DNA from: Anaeramoeba ignava BMAN
Taxonomy: Eukaryota; Protista; Anaeramoebae
Direction: 5' to 3'
Assembly (NCBI GenBank): GCA_028826165.1
Contig: JAPDFW010000066.1
Location: forward strand, 62,001 to 126,000
Length of the DNA: 64,000 nt
The translations under genes were made by a program, and so were the position numbers. The notes below the pieces were generated by a model. The model made no database searches. It was not told where the DNA came from and saw only the letters and a list, made by a program, of their open reading frames with translations. This document shows positions 1 through 14,600 of this stretch, in pieces. Positions within the stretch are counted from its first letter, which is position 1. Each line of letters opens with the position of its first letter.

Positions 1-1495
1 TCAAATTCAAATTAAAATTAAAATCAAAATCAAAATTTAATTAGTTCAAGGATTGAAATATTTATATGAAAAAGGAATTGTTCATCGTGATTTAAAACCT
101 CAAAATATCCTTCTTCAAAAAAATGATGATTCAAAATTTGGATATACAATTAAATTAGCTGATTTTGATTTTGCAAGAAAAATTCCAAAAGATGATTTAG
201 GAAAATCATTAAATATGGAATCATTTGTTGAAGTCCTGCTTATATGGCTCCAGAAGTCTGAAATTTTAATATAAAAATAATTCAAATCAAAATTAAAATC
301 AAAATTATTTCAAAAATAGATTTTATTTCATGATAAATATACTTCAAAATCTGATTTATGGAGTTTAGGTGCAATTTTATATGAATTATTTACAGGAAGT
401 ATACCTTTTCAAGCATTTGATATAAATGATTTAAAAAGACAATATCGACAAATTACAAAAATCACTTCCAAAAGATATTTTAGTAAATAAATTGAAAATA
501 TTTTATTCTATTCCAAAATAAATTAATTAATTGATTTATTTATTTAATCCAAAAAGAATGTTGTTCCAAAAGAATGTAGTGATTTAGTTGAGGATTATTA
601 ACTGTTGATCCAAATTTAAGAATTTCAAGAGAAAAAGTTACATAATCATCCTTTTGTTTTTGAAAAATTAGTAAACTATTTAAATTCCAAAAAAATTATT
701 CAACAAATTTAAAAAAAAATTCATTTTAATAAATAGAAAGAATCAATGGAAAAATCAAAAGAAATACAAAGTTTAGAAAATGCAATGATTGGAATTACAA
801 AAGAAGATTTTGAAAGCAAAGAAAATGATAAACTTTCATTTAAAAAAGGAGATATAATTGAAATTATTAAAATTAAAAAAGATAAAGAAATTTGTGAAGG
901 AATATTAAAAAGAGAAAAAGCAATTATTGAATTAAAATTAATTGATTTATTTCAGAAAATTGAGGATATTTTTTCAATAATTGAATCAAATAATAAAATT
1001 AAAAAATTTCAAAAAAGAATTATTGGAATTGCTAAATATGATTATAAAGCAAATGAATTTTCATTATCAGAAGGAGAAGTAATTGAAATTAATAATATAA
1101 ATAAAGGAAATGATTCTTGTGAAATTCAATTTGAAAATCAAAAAGATGAAATTCCTTTTTTCTTTTTGGATTTTTATGAACAAATTGAACAAATTGAAGA
1201 AAATAATGAAAATCAAAACGAAATTCAAATTCAAAATCTAAATCTAAATCAAAACGAAAATCAAAACGAAAATCAAAACGAAAATCAAAACGAAAATCAA
1301 AATGAAAAAGAAAAAGAAAAAGAAAAAGAAACAAATAAGCATCACCATAAACACAAACATCATCATCATCATAAGCACAAACATCATCATCACAACCACA
1401 CAAAAAATTCAAAATCAAAATCAAAATCAAAATCAAAATCAAAATCAAAATCAAAATCAAATTCTAAATCAAATCAAAATCAAAATCAAAATTAA
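1..1495 (+). pseudogene. ULK/Atg1-like kinase-SH3 array copy 1 (5' part outside window; damaged)
   Basis: Exon at ~46-256 carries [11 protein letters not shown] and [10 protein letters not shown] (DFG changed to DFD). Single-base indels near 230, 460, 592 and 635 break the frame relative to paralogues. The last exon, 737-1495, encodes two SH3-like domains and a His/Lys/Ser-rich tail with no third SH3. The indels could partly be sequencing errors. Confidence 0.7.
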
Positions 1496-2330
1496 AATTA
1501 AAATTAAAATTAAAATTAAAATTAAAATTAAAATCTAAATCAAAATTAAAATCAAAAATCAAATTCAAAATCAAAATCAAAATACAAAATCAAATTTAAA
1601 ATCAAATTCTAAATCAAATCAAAATCAAATCAAAATTAAAATTAAAATTAAAATTAAAATCTAAATCAAAATTAAAATCAAAAATCAAATTAAAATTCAA
1701 AATCAAAATTAAAATTAAAATCAAAATTAAAATTAAAATTAAAATTAAAATTAAAATTAAAATTAAAAATTAAAGTTCTTATTTAAAAAAAAACAAAAAA
1801 TGGGAAAAAAAACAATAAGATCATTAAATTTAAATTTAAAGTTAAATTCAAATGAAAAATTTAAAACGAAACTGAAAACAATAAGATCAAAATCAAAATC
1901 AAAATCAAAATCAAAATCAAAATCAAAATCAAAATCAAAATCAAAAATTAAATTTAAATTTAAAATTAAAATTAAAATTAAAAATTAAAAATTAAAGTTC
2001 TTATTTAAAAAAAAACAAAATGGGAAAAAAAACAATAAGATCATTAAATTTAAATTTAAAGTTAAAATCAAAATCAAAATCAAAATCAAAATCAAAAATT
2101 AAAATCAAAATCAAAATGAAAAATTAAATTTAAAATCAAAATTAAAATCAAAATCAAAATTAAAATCAAAATCAAAATTAAATTATGTCCAATTTTTCTT
2201 TTTGAAAACAATAAGATCTAAAATCAAATTTTAATTCAATCAAAAATGAAAGATCATTTAAAAATAAAAAGGAAAAAAACAATCAAATAATTCAAAATCG
2301 AATTTTAATTCAATCAAAAACAAGATCTAA
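1400..2330 (+). repeat. AAATCA/AAATTA microsatellite with a duplicated ~75-bp element
   Basis: Hexamer arrays. The segment aaagttcttatttaaaaaaaaac...atgggaaaaaaaacaataagatcattaaatttaaatttaaagttaaat occurs at ~1772 and ~1994. Confidence 0.8.
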
Positions 2331-2454
2331 TTCAAATTCAATTGAATATTTCTTTTTTTTAAAAAAAAAAAAATAAAAGGAAAAAAAAAATAAAAAAAAA
2401 AAATTAAAAAATTGAAATTCATTTTTTTTTTCGTTTCTTTTCTTAAAATTTAAA

Positions 2455-2463
2455 ATGAATACA

Positions 2464-2494
<31 letters not shown>

Positions 2495-2752
2495 AGAAAA
2501 ATTTCCTTCAGGAAATAATTTTAAAGCAACAAAATTACTTGGAAAAGGTTCTTATGGTTCAGTTTATTTAGGAGAAACTTTAGATACAAAAGAAAATTGT
2601 GCAATTAAAAGAATTGATTTAAGAAAAACAGAAAATAAAAGAGAAAAAGTTTTGTTAGAAATTAAATTAACGGAAAAAGTTAAATATGAAAATTGTGTTA
2701 AATTATTTTTTATTGAACCAGAAAATTATCAAGATGTAAATTTATTATTTAA

Positions 2753-2783
<31 letters not shown>

Positions 2784-5043
2784 AAAGTGGAAAAATAAAT
2801 TTTGTTTTAATAAATTTTTAAATTATAATTTAAAAGGCAAAAGTTGTTTATCTTGTTATGGAATATTGTGATATGGGTGATTTACAAGGATATATTCATT
2901 CAAAAAACAAAAGAATTTCAATTGAAGAAATAAAAGAAATATTTGGACAAATTGGTATTTTTTTTTAAAATTCATTTATAAAATAAAATTAAAATTCATT
3001 TATAAAATTAAAATTAAAATTAAAATCAAAATTAAAATTAAAATTAAAATTAAAATTAAAATTAAAATTAAAATTAAAATTCATTTAAAAAATAAAAATA
3101 AAATTAAAATTAAAATTAAAATTAAAATTAAAATTCATTTATAAAATAAAATTAAAATTAAAATAGTTAAAGGATTGAAATATTTATATGAACAAGGAAT
3201 TGTTCATCGTGATTTAAAACCTGAAAATATTCTTCTTCAAAAAAATGAAGATTCAAAATTTGGATATTCAATTAAATTAGCTGATTTTGGATTTGCAAGA
3301 GAAATTCCAAGAGATGATTTAGGAAAATCATTAGAAATGGATTCACGTTTAGGAAGTCCTTCTTATGTTGCACCAGAAGTTTGAATTATTCTTTTAAAAA
3401 CAAAATATTAAAAATAATATTAAAAATATTAATTTAAATATTAATTTAAATATTAATTTAAATATTAATTTAAAAAATAGATTTTATTTGGTGAATCTTA
3501 TACTTCAAAAGCTGATTTATGGAGTTTAGGTGCAATTTTATATGAAATTGTTACTGGTAATTCTCCTTTTCAAGCAATGAGCATCATTAATTTGATAAAA
3601 CAATATCGACAAAATACAAAAAAATCACTTCCAACAAATTATTTAGTAAATAATTTATTCAAAATTTAAAATTCAATATTCAATATTTAAAATTCAATAT
3701 TTAAAATTCAATATTCAATAAAATAGGAATTTGTTCCAAAAGAATGTAGTGATTTAGTTGAAAGATTATTAACTGTTGATCCAGAATCAAGAATGACAAG
3801 AGAAGAATTACATAATCATCCTTTTATTTTTGGAAAATTAGTAATTTATTTAAATTCAAAAAAATCAATTTAAAATTTATTCAAAATTTAATATTTAAAA
3901 TTTTATTTTAATAAATAGGAAGAATCAATGGAAAAATCAATAGAAATTGATGATTTAGAAAAGAAAATAATTGGAATTACAAAAAAAGATTTTAAAAGCA
4001 AAGAAAATGATAAACTTTCATTCAAAAAAGAAGAAGTTATTGAAATTATTAAAATTAATAAAAATAAAGGAATTTGTGAAGGAAAATTAAAAGAAAAAAA
4101 AGCAATTATTGAATTAAAAAGAATCGATTTATATCAAGAAATTGAAGATATTTTTTCAATGATCGATTCAAATAATCAAATTAAAAAATCTCAAAAAAGA
4201 ATTATTGGAATTACTAAATATGATTATAAAAAAAAAGAATTTTCATTATCAGAAGGAAAAGTAATTGAAATTAATAATATAAATGAAGAAAACGAATCTT
4301 GTGAAATTACATTTGGAAATCAAAGAGAAGAAATTCCTTTTTTCTTTTTGGATTTTTATGAAAAAATTGAACAAATTGAAGAAAATAATGAAAATCAAAA
4401 TCCTTCAAAACATAAACATAAACATAAACATAAACATAAACACAAACACAATCATAAAAATAAAAATAAAAACAAATACAAAGATAAACATAAAAAAAAA
4501 CATAAAGATAAACATAACGTTAAACACAGAAAAGTATCAAAACCAAAACCGAAATCAAATTCGAATTCAATTTCAAATTCAATTTCAAATTCAATTTCAA
4601 ATTCAAATTCAAAATCAAAATCAAAATCAAGTTCAAAATCAAGTTCAAAATCGAGTTCAAACTCAAATTTAGATTTAAAATTACAATTAGAATTAGAATT
4701 ACAATCAAAATCAAAATCAAAATTAAAATCAAAATTAAAATCAAAATCAAAATCAAAATCAAAATCAAAATCAAAATCAAAAAAAATTGATATTGAAAAA
4801 TCAAATCAAAAAATCAAAAATAAAGAAAATAACAAGAAGAAAATAATTGGAATTGCTAAAATTGATGAAAATGGGAAAAAAATGATGAAAAATGATGATG
4901 AAGATGAAAATGATAATTATCTTACTTTTTCAAAAGGAGATGAAGTTGAAATTCTGGAAATTAATGGAAAAATAGGAATTGCAAAATTAAATGGAAAAAC
5001 AGGAGAAATTTTTATTGATGATTTTGATATTAAAGAAATATAA
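2455..5043 (+). CDS. ULK/Atg1-like kinase + 3 SH3-like domains, copy 2 (6 exons)
   Basis: Motifs [41 protein letters not shown] and [12 protein letters not shown] introns lie at the same positions as in paralogues. The ATG at 2455 is out of frame by one base across A-runs (possible homopolymer error). Confidence 0.85.
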
Positions 5044-5241
5044 AAAAATTTTTCATTTTTAAATTTCATTTTTGATTTACTAAAAACAATTAAATGAAGA
5101 AAAAACTGTCCAATTTTCTTCTTTTTTTTTTTTTAATCAAAATTTTAATTTTTCATTTTTTCTTTCTTTTACTTTTTATAAAATCAAAAATAAAAAATAA
5201 AAAGGAAAAATAAATATAAAATAAAATAAAATTAAATTAAA

Positions 5242-7234
5242 ATGAAAAACGAACGTGAAGATCTTTTATTTCAAAATTTCCAACCAACAAAATTTATTGG
5301 AAAAGGTTCTTATGGAAAAGTTTATTTAGGAAAAATTTTAAAAACAAAAGAAAATTGTGCAATTAAAAGAATTGATTTAAGAAAAACAAGAAATTTAGAA
5401 AATAAAAGAAAAAAATTGAATAGAGAACTCGAAATAATGAAAAAAGTTAAACATGAAAATTGTGTTAAATTATTTTTATTGAACCAGAAAATTATCAAGA
5501 TGTAAATTTATTATTTAAAAAGCAAAAAGTGGAAAAATAAATTTTGTTTTAATAAATTTCGAAATTATAATTTAAAAGGCAAAAAGTTGTTTATCTTGTT
5601 ATGGAATATTGTGATATGGGTGATTTACAAAAATATATTCAATCAAAACAAGAAAGAATTTCAATTGAAGAAGCTCAAGAAATATTTGGACAAATTGGTA
5701 TTTTTCTTTAAATATCAAAAATATCAAAAATTAAAAAATATATAAAATATTAAAAAATATATAAAATCAATTAGTTTTAGGATTGAAATATTTACATCAA
5801 AAAGGAATTGTTCATCGTGATTTAAAGCCTAAAAATATTCTTCTTCAAAAAAATGAAGATTCAAAATTTGGATATACAATTAAATTAGCTGATTTTGGAC
5901 TTGCAAGAGAAATTCCAAGAGATGAAATGGGAAAATCATTAGAAATGAATTCAATTCTTGGAACTATTTTATATGCTGCTCCAGAAGTTTGATTTATCAA
6001 TTTAATTCAATTTAATTCAATTTAATTTAATTTAAAAACAAAAAAAAAAGATTCTATTTGAAGGATTTTATACTTCAAGTGTTGATTTATGGAGTTTAGG
6101 TGCAATTTTATATGAAATTATTACAAAAAATCCACCTTTTCAAGGAAGAAATATTGGTGATTTTGTACAAAAATATAATAGAATAGCAAATAAATCACTT
6201 CCTAAAAATTATTTAGTAAATAAATTGTTAAAAATCCAAATGAAAAATTAAATTAAAAATTAATAAAAAAAAAAGAAATTTATTCCAAAAGAATGTAATG
6301 ATTTAATTGAAGGATTATTAACTGTTAATCCAAATAAAAGAATGACAAGAGAAGAATTATATAATCATCCTTTTATTTTTGAAAAATTAGTAAATTATTT
6401 CATATTCCAAAAAAAATTCATTTTAAATCATTCCAAAAATATTAAAAATTTGTTTTAAATAAATAGGATGAATTAATTGGAAAATCACAAAATTTATCAG
6501 ATTTAGAAAAGAAAATAATTGGAATTGCAAAAGAAGATTTTAAAAGCAAAGAAAATGATAAACTTTCATTTAAAAAAGGAGAAGTAATTGAAATTATTAA
6601 GTTTTATCGGATTTTCTGTGAAGGAATATTAAAAGAAGAAAAAGGGTTTATTGAATTAAAAAGAATTGATTTATATGAAGAAATTAAAGATATTTTCTCA
6701 ATAATTGAATCAAGTAGCAATTCACTTGATTATCAAAAAAAGATGATTGGAATTATTTCAAATGATTATAAATCAGACAAAGTTTCATTATCAATAGGAG
6801 ATTTAGTTAAAATTATCAATATAAATCAAGTAAACAAAACATGTGAAATTGAAATTGGATTTGGAATTGAAAATCAAACAGAAGAAATTCCTTTATTCTT
6901 TTTGTGTTTTTATGAAAAAATTGAAGAAAATAATGAAAATCAAGAAAATAATGAAAATCAAAATTCAATTCAAATGGAAATTGAAGATAATCAAATACAA
7001 ATAGAAGATAATCAAATACAAATAGAAGAAACAAAGAAAACAAAAATCAAAAAGAAAAAGAGTTTAATTGGAATTGCTAAAATTGATTCACAAAATCAAA
7101 ATAAAGATATTCTTTCTTTTTCAAAAGGAGATGAAGTTGAAATTATTGAAATTAATGGAGAAATGGGAATTGGATATTTAAATGGAAAAGAAGGAGAAAT
7201 TTTTATTGATGATTTTGATATAAAAAAAAATTAA
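5242..7234 (+). CDS. ULK/Atg1-like kinase + 3 SH3-like domains, copy 3
   Basis: All kinase motifs present and introns are short. A -1 indel in exon 1 (~5475) is compensated by a +1 indel at the start of exon 2 (~5583). Confidence 0.85.
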
Positions 7235-8595
7235 ATATAAATATAAATATAAAATATAAAATATAAAATATAAAAATAAAAAAAATCTAAAAATATAAAT
7301 CTAAATATAAAATATAAATCTAAATATAAATCTAAATATAAATCTAAATCTAAATCTAAATCTAAATATAAAATATAAATATAAATCTAAATATAAAAAT
7401 ATAAATCTAAAATATAAATCTAAATATAAATATAAATCTAAATATAAATATAAATATAAATATAAATATAAAATCTAAATATAAATATAAATCTAAATCT
7501 AAATCTAAATCTAAATAAAAATATAAATATAAAATAAATCTAAATCTAAATCTAAATCTAAATCTAAAATAAATCTAAATATAAATCTAAAATAATATAA
7601 ATATAAATATAAATATAAATCTAAATATAAATATAAATATAAATATAAATATAAAAAATAAAATATAACCAAAAATCTAAATCTAAATATAAATATAAAT
7701 CTAAATATAAATATAAATATAAATATAAATATAAATATAAATATAAATATAAATATAAATATAAATATAAATCTAAATATAAATCTAAATCTAAATCTAA
7801 ATCTAAATTCAAATCTAAATCTAAATCTAAATCACAAATCTAAATCTAAAATAAATCTAAATCTAAATCTAAATCTAAAATTCAAATATAAATATAAATA
7901 TAAAATATAAATATAAATCTAAAATAAAAATATAAATCTAAATATAAATATAAATATAAATCTAAATATAAATATAAATATAAATATAAATATAAATATA
8001 AAATAAATATAAATCTAAATCTAAAATAAATAAATCTAAATCTAAATCTAAATCTAAATCTAAATATAAATATAAAATAAATATAAATATAAATATAAAT
8101 ATAAATATAAATATAAATATAAAATAAATATAAATATAAATATAAATATAAATATAAATATAAATATAAATATAAATATAAATATAAAATATAAATATAA
8201 ATATAAATATAAATATAAATCTAAATATAAATATAAATATAAATATAAATCTAAATCTAAATCTAAATCTAAATCTAAATCTAAATCTAAATCTAAATCT
8301 AAATCTAAATCTAAATCTAAATCAAAATTAAAATCAAATTCAAATTCAAATTCAAAATCAAAATCAAAATTAAAATCAAAATCAAAATCAAAATTAAAAT
8401 CAAATACAAAATCTAAATTCAAATTCAAATTCAAATTAAAATTCAAAATCAAATTAAAATCTAAATTCAAAATTAAAATCAAATTCAAATTTAAATCAAA
8501 ATCTAAATTCAAATTCAAATTTAAACTCAAAATCAAAATCAAATTCAAAATCAAATTCAAATTCAAAATTAAAATTAAAATTAAAAATTAAAAAG
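7235..8595 (+). repeat. Intergenic ATAAAT/CTAAAT to TCAAAA hexamer microsatellite
   Basis: About 1.35 kb of degenerate hexamer repeats between copies 3 and 4. Confidence 0.9.
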
Positions 8596-8664
8596 CAATT
8601 ATTTTTTGATTTAAAATTTTTTTTTCCATTTTTTTTTTCTATTTTTTTTCAAACAAAAAATTAA

Positions 8665-11087
8665 ATGCAAAGAAAACTTCCTTCAGGAAATAATTTTGAA
8701 GCAATAAAAAAAATTGGAAAAGGTTCTTATGGTTCAGTTTATTTAGGAAAAAGTTTAAAAACAAAAGAAAATTGTGCAATTAAAAGAATTGATTTAAGAA
8801 AAACAAGAAATTTAGAAAATGCAAGAAAAAAAGTGAATAGAGAACTTGAAGTAATGAAAAGAGTTAAACACGAAAATTGTGTTGAATTATTTTTTATTGA
8901 ACCAAAAAATTATCAAAATGTAAATTTAAACAATTTTTAATTAATATAAGTAAAAAGTGGATTAAATTTTTCCTTTTTCCTTTTTTTCTTTTCTTTTTTT
9001 CCTTTTTTTATAAATATAAATATAAATATAAATATAAATATAAATATAAAAGGCTGATTTAATTTATGTTGTTATGGAATATTGTGATAAAGGAGATTTA
9101 AGTGAATATCTTGATTCAAAAAAAGAAAAAAACAAAAAACTTTCTATTGAAGAAATAAAAGGAATATTCAGACAAATTGGTATAATTTTTCAAAATTAAA
9201 ATCAAATTCAAATTCAAAATCAAAATTAAAATCAAATTCAAATTCAAATTCAAATTCTAATTCAAATTTAAAACCAAAATTAAAATCAAATTCAAATTCA
9301 AAATCAAAATCAAAATCAAAATCAAATTCAAAATCAAATTCAAAATCAAATTCAAATTCTAATTCAAATTTAAAACCAAAATTAAAATCAAATTCAAATT
9401 CAAAACCAAAATCAAATTCAAATTCAAAATCAAATTCAAAATCAAATTCAAAATCAAATTCAAATTAAATTCAAATTAAATTCAAATTAAATTTAAATTA
9501 AAATCTAATTCAAATAAATAGTTTTAGGATTGAAATATTTACATCAAAAACGAATTGTTCATCGTGATTTAAAACCTAAAAATATACTTCTTCAATCAAA
9601 TCCAAAATCAAATCCAAAATCTCTATTTCCATATACAATTAAATTAGCTGATTTTGGATTTGCAAGAGAAATTCCAAAAGATGATTTAGGAAAATCATTA
9701 GAAATGGAGTCAAGACTTGGAACACCTTTATATATTGCACCAGAAGTTTGAAATCTTTTTTTAAAAAACAATATTTAATTATATTTAATAATATTAATAT
9801 TTAATAATATATTCAATAAATATTTAATAAAATATTCAATAAATATTTAATAATATTTAATAATATTCAATAATATTTAATAAAATAGATTTTATTTAAT
9901 AAGCGTTATAATCCAAAAGTCGATTTATGGAGTTTAGGTGTTATTTTATATCAAATTATTACAGGAAGTGCTCCTTTTCAATCAATAAATATTGGAGGCC
10001 TTATACAACAATTTTTAAATATAAAAACAAAAAAACTTCCAGAATCATATTTAGTAAATAAATTCAAAATAAATTCAAAATAAATTCAAATTAAATTCAA
10101 TTTAAATTCAAAATAAATTCAAATTAAATTCAAAATTCAATAAAATAGGAAATTATTCCAAAAGAATGTAGTGATTTAGTTGAAAGATTACTAACTGTTG
10201 ATCCAAATAAAAGAATTTCAAGAGAAGAATTATATAAACATCCTTTTATTTCTGAACAATTAGTAAATTATTTCAATTCCAAAAAAAATTTATTTCAATC
10301 CAAAAAATCTAAGACTTATTTTAATAAATAGGAAGAATCAATTGAAAAATCAATAGAAATTGAAGATTTAGAAAAGAAAATAATTGGAATTACAAAAGAA
10401 GATTTTGAAAGCAAAGAAAATGATAAACTTTCATTTAAAAAAGAAGAAGTTATTGAAATTATTAAAATTAATAAAAATAAAGGAATTTGCGAAGGAAAAC
10501 TAAAAGAAGAAAAAGGAATTATTGAATTAAAAAGAATTGATTTATTTGAAGAAATTGAAGATATTTTTTCATTGATTGAATCAAATAATCAAATTAAAAA
10601 ATTTCAAAAAAGAATTATTGGAATTGCTAAATATAAATATAAAACAAATGAAGTTTCATTATCAAAAGGAGAATTGATTGAAATTAATAATATTAATAAA
10701 GGAAAGGATTCTTGTGAAATTAAAATTGAAAATCAAAAAGAAGAAATTCCTTTTTTCTTTTTGGATTTTTATGAACAAATTGGAGAAAACGATGATGAAA
10801 ATGATGATGAAAATGATGATGAAAATGATGATGGAAATGATGATGAAAATGATGATGAAAATCAAGATGAAAATGATGATAATCATATGGATATCGAAAA
10901 CACAAATGCAAAATTAATTGGAATTGCTAAACTTGAGATAAAAAATAATGAAGATGAACATTTTCTTTCTTTTTCAAAAGGAGATGAAGTTGAAATTATT
11001 GAAATTAATGAAAAAATTGGAATTGGAAAATTAAATGGAAAAATAGGAGAAATTTTTATTGATAATTTTGATATCAAAGAAAATTAA
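8665..11087 (+). CDS. ULK/Atg1-like kinase + 3 SH3-like domains, copy 4 (intact, 546 aa)
   Basis: Exons 8665-8919, 9053-9179, 9522-9745, 9889-10053, 10149-10262 and 10332-11087 join in frame (1641 nt) using GT-AG introns. Confidence 0.92.
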
Positions 11088-11602
11088 TTTCAAATTAAAA
11101 ATTAAATTCCAATTTCAAATTAAAATTAAAATCAAAATTAAATTCAAATTCAAATTCAAATTAAATTCAAATTTAAAATTAAAATCAAAATCAAAATCAA
11201 AATCAAAATCAAAATCAAAATTAAAATTAAAATTAAAATTAAAATCAAAATTAAAATCAAAATCAAAATTAAAATCAAAATCAAAATTAAAATCAAAATC
11301 AAAATCAAAATTAAATTCAAATTCAAATTAAATTCAAATTCAAAATTAAAAATTAAATTCAAAATCAAAATCAAAATCAAAATTAAAATCAAAATTAAAA
11401 TCAAAATCAAAATTAAAATCAAAATCAAAATTAAAATCAAAATCAAAATCAAAATCAAAATTAAATTCAAATTCAAATTCAAAATCAAAATTAAAAATTA
11501 AATTCAAAATCAAAATCAAAATCAAAATTAAAAAATTTATTCCACTTTTTTCCATTTTTTTTTTGAATTTTTTTTTTCATTTTTTTTCAAACAAAAAATT
11601 AA

Positions 11603-14600
11603 ATGGAAAGAAAACTTCCTTCAGGAAATAATTTTGAAGCAACAAAAAAAATCGGACAAGGAAATTATGGAAAAGTTTATTTAGGAAATATTAAAACAAA
11701 AAATCAAGTTTGTGCAATTAAAGAAATTAATTTAAGAACAAAAAGAGATGATAAAAAAAAAGTAATAAGAGAACTTCAAATTATGGAAAGAATTCAACAT
11801 GAAAATTGTGTTAATTTATTTTTTATTGAACCAGAAAATTATCAAAATGTAAAAAATTAATTTATTTAAAAAAAAAGCAAAAAAAAAATTTTAATTAAAA
11901 AGTTTTATTAAAAAGTGGAATAAAAAAAATTTTTTTTTATTTTTATAATGTTTTAAAAGGCTAATTTAATTTATGTTGTTATGGAATATTGTGACTTGGG
12001 TGATTTGGGTATATATCTTCAATCAAAAGATAATATTTCTATTGGAGAAGTAAAAGAAATATTTGGACAAATTGGTATAAATCAAAATGAAAATATTTCA
12101 AAATTAATTTCAATTTCAACATCAATTTCAATATCAATATCAATTTCAATATCAATTTCAATTTTAATTTCAATTTCAATTTCAATTTTAATTTCAATTT
12201 CAATATCAATTTCAATTTCAATATCAATATCAATTTCAATATCAATATCAATTTTAATATCAATATCAATTTTAATTTCAATATCAATATCAATATCAAT
12301 TTCAATTTCAATTTCAATTTTAATTTCAATTTTAATTTCAAAATTAATTTCAAAATCAATATCAATTTCAATTTTAATATCAATTTCAATTTCAATTTCA
12401 ATTTCAATTTCAATTTCAATATCAATTTTAATATCAATTTCAATTTCAATTTTAATATCAATATCAATATTAATTTCAATTTCAATTTTAATTTTAATTT
12501 CAATTTTAATTTCAATATCAATATCAATTTCAATTTTAATTTCAATTTCAATATCAATTTTAATTTCAATTTCAATATCAATTTCAATTTTAATTTCAAT
12601 TTTAATTTAAATTTTAATTTCAATTTCAATTTTAATATCAATTTCAATTTTAATTTTAATTTCAATTTCAATTTCAATTTTAAATTTAATTTTAATTTCA
12701 ATTTTAATTTCAATTTTAATTTCAATTTTAATATCAATATCAATATCAATATCAATTTTAATTTCAATTTCAATTTTAATTTTAATATCAATATCAATTT
12801 CAATTTTAATTTCAATATCAATATCAATTTTAATTTCAATATCAATATCAATATCAATTTTAATTTCAATATCAATATCAATATCAATTTCAATATCAAT
12901 ATCAATTTTAATTTTAATTTCAATTTCAATATAAATTTCAATATCAATATCAATATCAATATCAATATCAATATCAATATCAATTTTAATTTCAATTTCA
13001 ATATCAATTTTAATTTCAATTTCAATATCAATTTTAATTTTAATATCAATTTTAATATCAATTTCAATTTCAATATCAATTTCAATATCAATTTCAATAT
13101 CAATATCAATATCAATATCAATTTTAATATCAATTTCAATATCAATTTTAATTTCAATTTCAATATCAATATCAATTTTAATTTCAATATCAATATCAAT
13201 ATCAATTTCAATTTCAATATCAATTTTAATTTTAATATCAATTTCAATATCAATATCAATTTCAATTTCAATTTCAATATCAATATCAATTTCAATTTTA
13301 ATTTCAATTTCAATTTTAATTTTAATTTCAATTTTAATTTCAATTTCAATTTCAATATCAATTTCAATTTCAATATCAATATCAATTTTAATTTCAATTT
13401 TAATATCAATTTTAATTTCAATTTTAATTTCAATATCAATATCAATATCAATTTCAATTTCAATATCAATTTCAATATCAATTTCAATTTCAATATCAAT
13501 TTTAATTTCAATATCAATTTCAATTTTAATATCAATTTTAATTTTAATTTCAATTTCAATTTTAATTTCAATTTCAATTTTAATTTCAATATCAATTTTA
13601 ATTTTAATTTTAATTTCAATTTCAATTTTAATTTTAATATCAAATAAATAGTTTTGGGATTGAAATATTTATATGAAAGTGGAATTGTTCATCGTGATTT
13701 AAAACCTGAAAATTTATTACTTCAATCAAATTCAAAATCTCTATTTCCATATACAATTAAATTAGCTGATTTTGGATTTGCAAGAGAAATTCCAAGAGAT
13801 GATTTAGGAAAATCATTAGAAATGGATTCAAGACTTGGAACACCTTTATATATTGCACCAGAAGTTTGAAATCTTTTTTTAAAAAACAATATTTAATTAT
13901 ATTCAATAATATTAATATTTAATAAAAATATTTAATAATATTTAATAATATTCAATAATATATAATAAAATATTTAATAATATTCAATAATATTTAATAA
14001 TATTCAATAAATATTTAATAATATTTAATAATATATTCAATAATATTTAATAATATTCAATAATATTTAATAATATTTAATAATATTCAAAAATATTTAA
14101 TAATATTTAATAATATTCAATAATAATATTTAATAATATTTAATAATATTCAATATTTAATAATATTTAATAATATTTAATAATATTTAATAATATTTAA
14201 TAATATTCAATAATAATATTTAATATTTAATAATAATATTCAATATTTCAAAAATAGATTTTGTTTTTTGAGCCTTATGCTTCAAAAGTTGACTTATGGA
14301 GTTTAGGTGCAATTTTATATGAAATTGTTACAGGAAGTACTCCTTTTCAATCAATAACTTTCACTGATTTAAGAAGACAATATCAAGGAATAAAAAAGAA
14401 ATCACTCCCAACATCATATTTAGTAATTTAAATAATTATCTTTTATTAAAAATTAAAAATTAAAAATCAAATTAAAATTAAATCCAAAAATTAAAAAAGA
14501 AAATTGTTCCAAAAGAATGTAATGATTTAGTTGAAAGATTACTAACTGTTGATCCAAATTTAAGAATGACAAGAGAAGAATTATATAATCATCCTTTTAT

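Noticed and set aside
3382-3384. TGA aligned with TGG after APEV in paralogues, suggesting UGA=Trp or readthrough
   Set aside because: These bases are positions +4 to +6 of intron 3. ATG6, AP2S1 and actin end in TGA at their expected C-termini, so the code is standard.
7235-8595. Possible telomeric repeat tract
   Set aside because: These are degenerate AT-only hexamers without a G-rich strand, internal to the array and like other local microsatellites.
12039-13643. Long ORFs of (IL/LK/IS/KS/DF/NF)n here and throughout the window
   Set aside because: They are translations of stop-free hexamer microsatellites in introns or intergenic DNA, often starting at non-ATG codons.
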